Shown here one piece after another: positions 62,893 to 64,000 of a stretch of DNA of 64,000 nt (position 1 is the stretch's first letter; every line of letters begins with the position of its first letter). The stretch is from a bacterium (GTDB lineage Bacteria; UBA8248; JACPRG01; G963555815), in contig CBDHDG010000005.1 in the NCBI GenBank assembly GCA_965261595.1, forward strand, positions 1,024,001 to 1,088,000, given 5' to 3'. Both the position numbers and the translations under genes were made by a program. The notes under the pieces were generated by a model that ran no database searches, was not told where the DNA came from, and saw nothing but the letters and a program-made list of their open reading frames with translations.

Positions 62893-64000
62893 TCAGATGC
62901 GCCTCAAACGGCCCTGATGAGGCTTTCGTTGCGGCTCCCCGCATCCGGGCGCGTTGTTCCCGCACTTGTCCGGAAGCGAGAGGGCCGAATCGGCCGCACC
63001 CGTCTCGTCCTTGTCGGATTGCTTGCGGGACTGCCTCGCGGATTCTTCACTGAGGGTCGCTGCGGTCTGCTCGGGTTCCGTCATCTCGACCCCTTCCCGC
63101 GTCGCCGGACCAAAACCCTGGTTTTCCCTGAGTTCCAGTTCCCCTTGCCGGGATTTGATTGCAGGTTCCGACGGCGGGGCCGCAATGCCTCCGCCTTCCT
63201 CCCTGGGTACGAACCGTTCGGCCGCCTTGGGCCTCCTGACGTAGTCGAGCCCGATCCGGGTCACGGGCCAGGGTCCGAGGAACTTCAGGTAGCCGTGCAG
63301 GTTCTCGAGCCGCATGATCTCCGACGGCAGGGCCAGGGAGCGCATCTCCCGGCGCTGGGTGAGCGAGACCCCGTCGCGCAGCACGCTGGCCCCGTAGCTC
63401 AGGCCGTGGGAATATTCCTTCACCTCGCCCCGCCCCAGGCTTTCGGCCGACCACCGGGCCGTCTCCTGGTCGGGCGCGGCCAGGACCACCCGGGTGCCGC
63501 ACAACCCGGATATCGTCTCCGCCCCGTTTTTTCCGTACAGGTCGCGCAGGGCCGAGATCACCTGGATCCCCAGCACGAAGCACCCCCCGAACTGGCGGGA
63601 CTCGGCCAGCCCGGGCTGGAGGCTCGGCACCTGGTGGAGGGTGGGCAGCTCGTCCAGGACCACCCAGACCCGGCGCGCATCGTCCTGATGGAGGGAAAGG
63701 AGCGCGTTGACCGCGATCTCGAGCCAGGTGGAGATGAGCCCCCTCAGGCTCGCGTGCTGGTCGCCCCGGGAGGTCAGGAACAGGAACCCGGTCCCGTCCT
63801 CTTGGCCCACCCAGTCCCGGATCGAGAAGGGCTCTCCCGTATCGGGCAGGAACTCGAGCGCTCCCAGGTGCGCGGTCAGCATGGCCCGGACGGAGAGCGC
63901 GGTCTTGGGGTTTTCGGGGTCCACGATGGACTGGGCCACCGTGCCCTCCATGGCCCGGGCCAGGGCCGTCAGGTCGGTCTTGAGCAGGTGGTCGACCAGC
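62893..64000 (-). CDS. traD: Type IV coupling protein (TraD/TrwB-like), C-terminal part
   Basis: PFSIRDWV, LFLTS, Walker B VVLDELPTL, ESRQFGGCFVLGIQ, YG..GAETI, SEIMRLENLHGY. Confidence 0.85.
   Translation of the reverse strand, partial: LVDHLLKTDLTALARAMEGTVAQSIVDPENPKTALSVRAMLTAHLGALEFLPDTGEPFSIRDWVGQEDGTGFLFLTSRGDQHASLRGLISTWLEIAVNALLSLHQDDARRVWVVLDELPTLHQVPSLQPGLAESRQFGGCFVLGIQVISALRDLYGKNGAETISGLCGTRVVLAAPDQETARWSAESLGRGEVKEYSHGLSYGASVLRDGVSLTQRREMRSLALPSEIMRLENLHGYLKFLGPWPVTRIGLDYVRRPKAAERFVPREEGGGIAAPPSEPAIKSRQGELELRENQGFGPATREGVEMTEPEQTAATLSEESARQSRKQSDKDETGAADSALSLPDKCGNNAPGCGEPQRKPHQGRLRRI

Overview
GC-rich bacterial window that runs from ordinary metabolic DNA into a large, heavily decayed integrative/conjugative element. 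(1) 1-1.9 kb: an LLM-class oxidoreductase followed by a cluster of four GTAG-footed REP-like hairpins. (2) 2.1-17.7 kb: a lower-GC island shredded by insertion sequences. It holds four near-identical 1404-bp IS3-family copies with 4-bp target duplications, an IS256, two inverted IS1380 copies, and IS481/IS3 remnants. Removing the ISs by hand reconstructs a DUF433 + PIN-like toxin-antitoxin pair and an Mrr-like endonuclease gene. (3) 17.8-25.4 kb: an AAA+ ATPase / DUF3150-like / vWA operon hit by two different RIT (recombinase-in-trio) elements. Both RIT junctions show the same 32-bp perfect palindrome architecture, built from the target hexamer, a 20-bp palindrome and the inverted hexamer; this is the most interesting signal in the window. 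(4) 25.5-50.5 kb: a conjugative leading-region-type backbone (ParB, GHKL ATPase, DUF2958, methylase/strawberry-notch helicase, ssb, toprim primase, DUF2493, small ORFs, long stem-loops) pointing at a candidate oriT with repeated ACCA-N3-YGGT motifs and an RHH gene. (5) 51.7-62.8 kb: a complete type I-E CRISPR-Cas locus with 44 repeats, abutting the 3' end of a TraD-like coupling-protein gene. All family assignments come from motif recognition by eye; no database searches were run.
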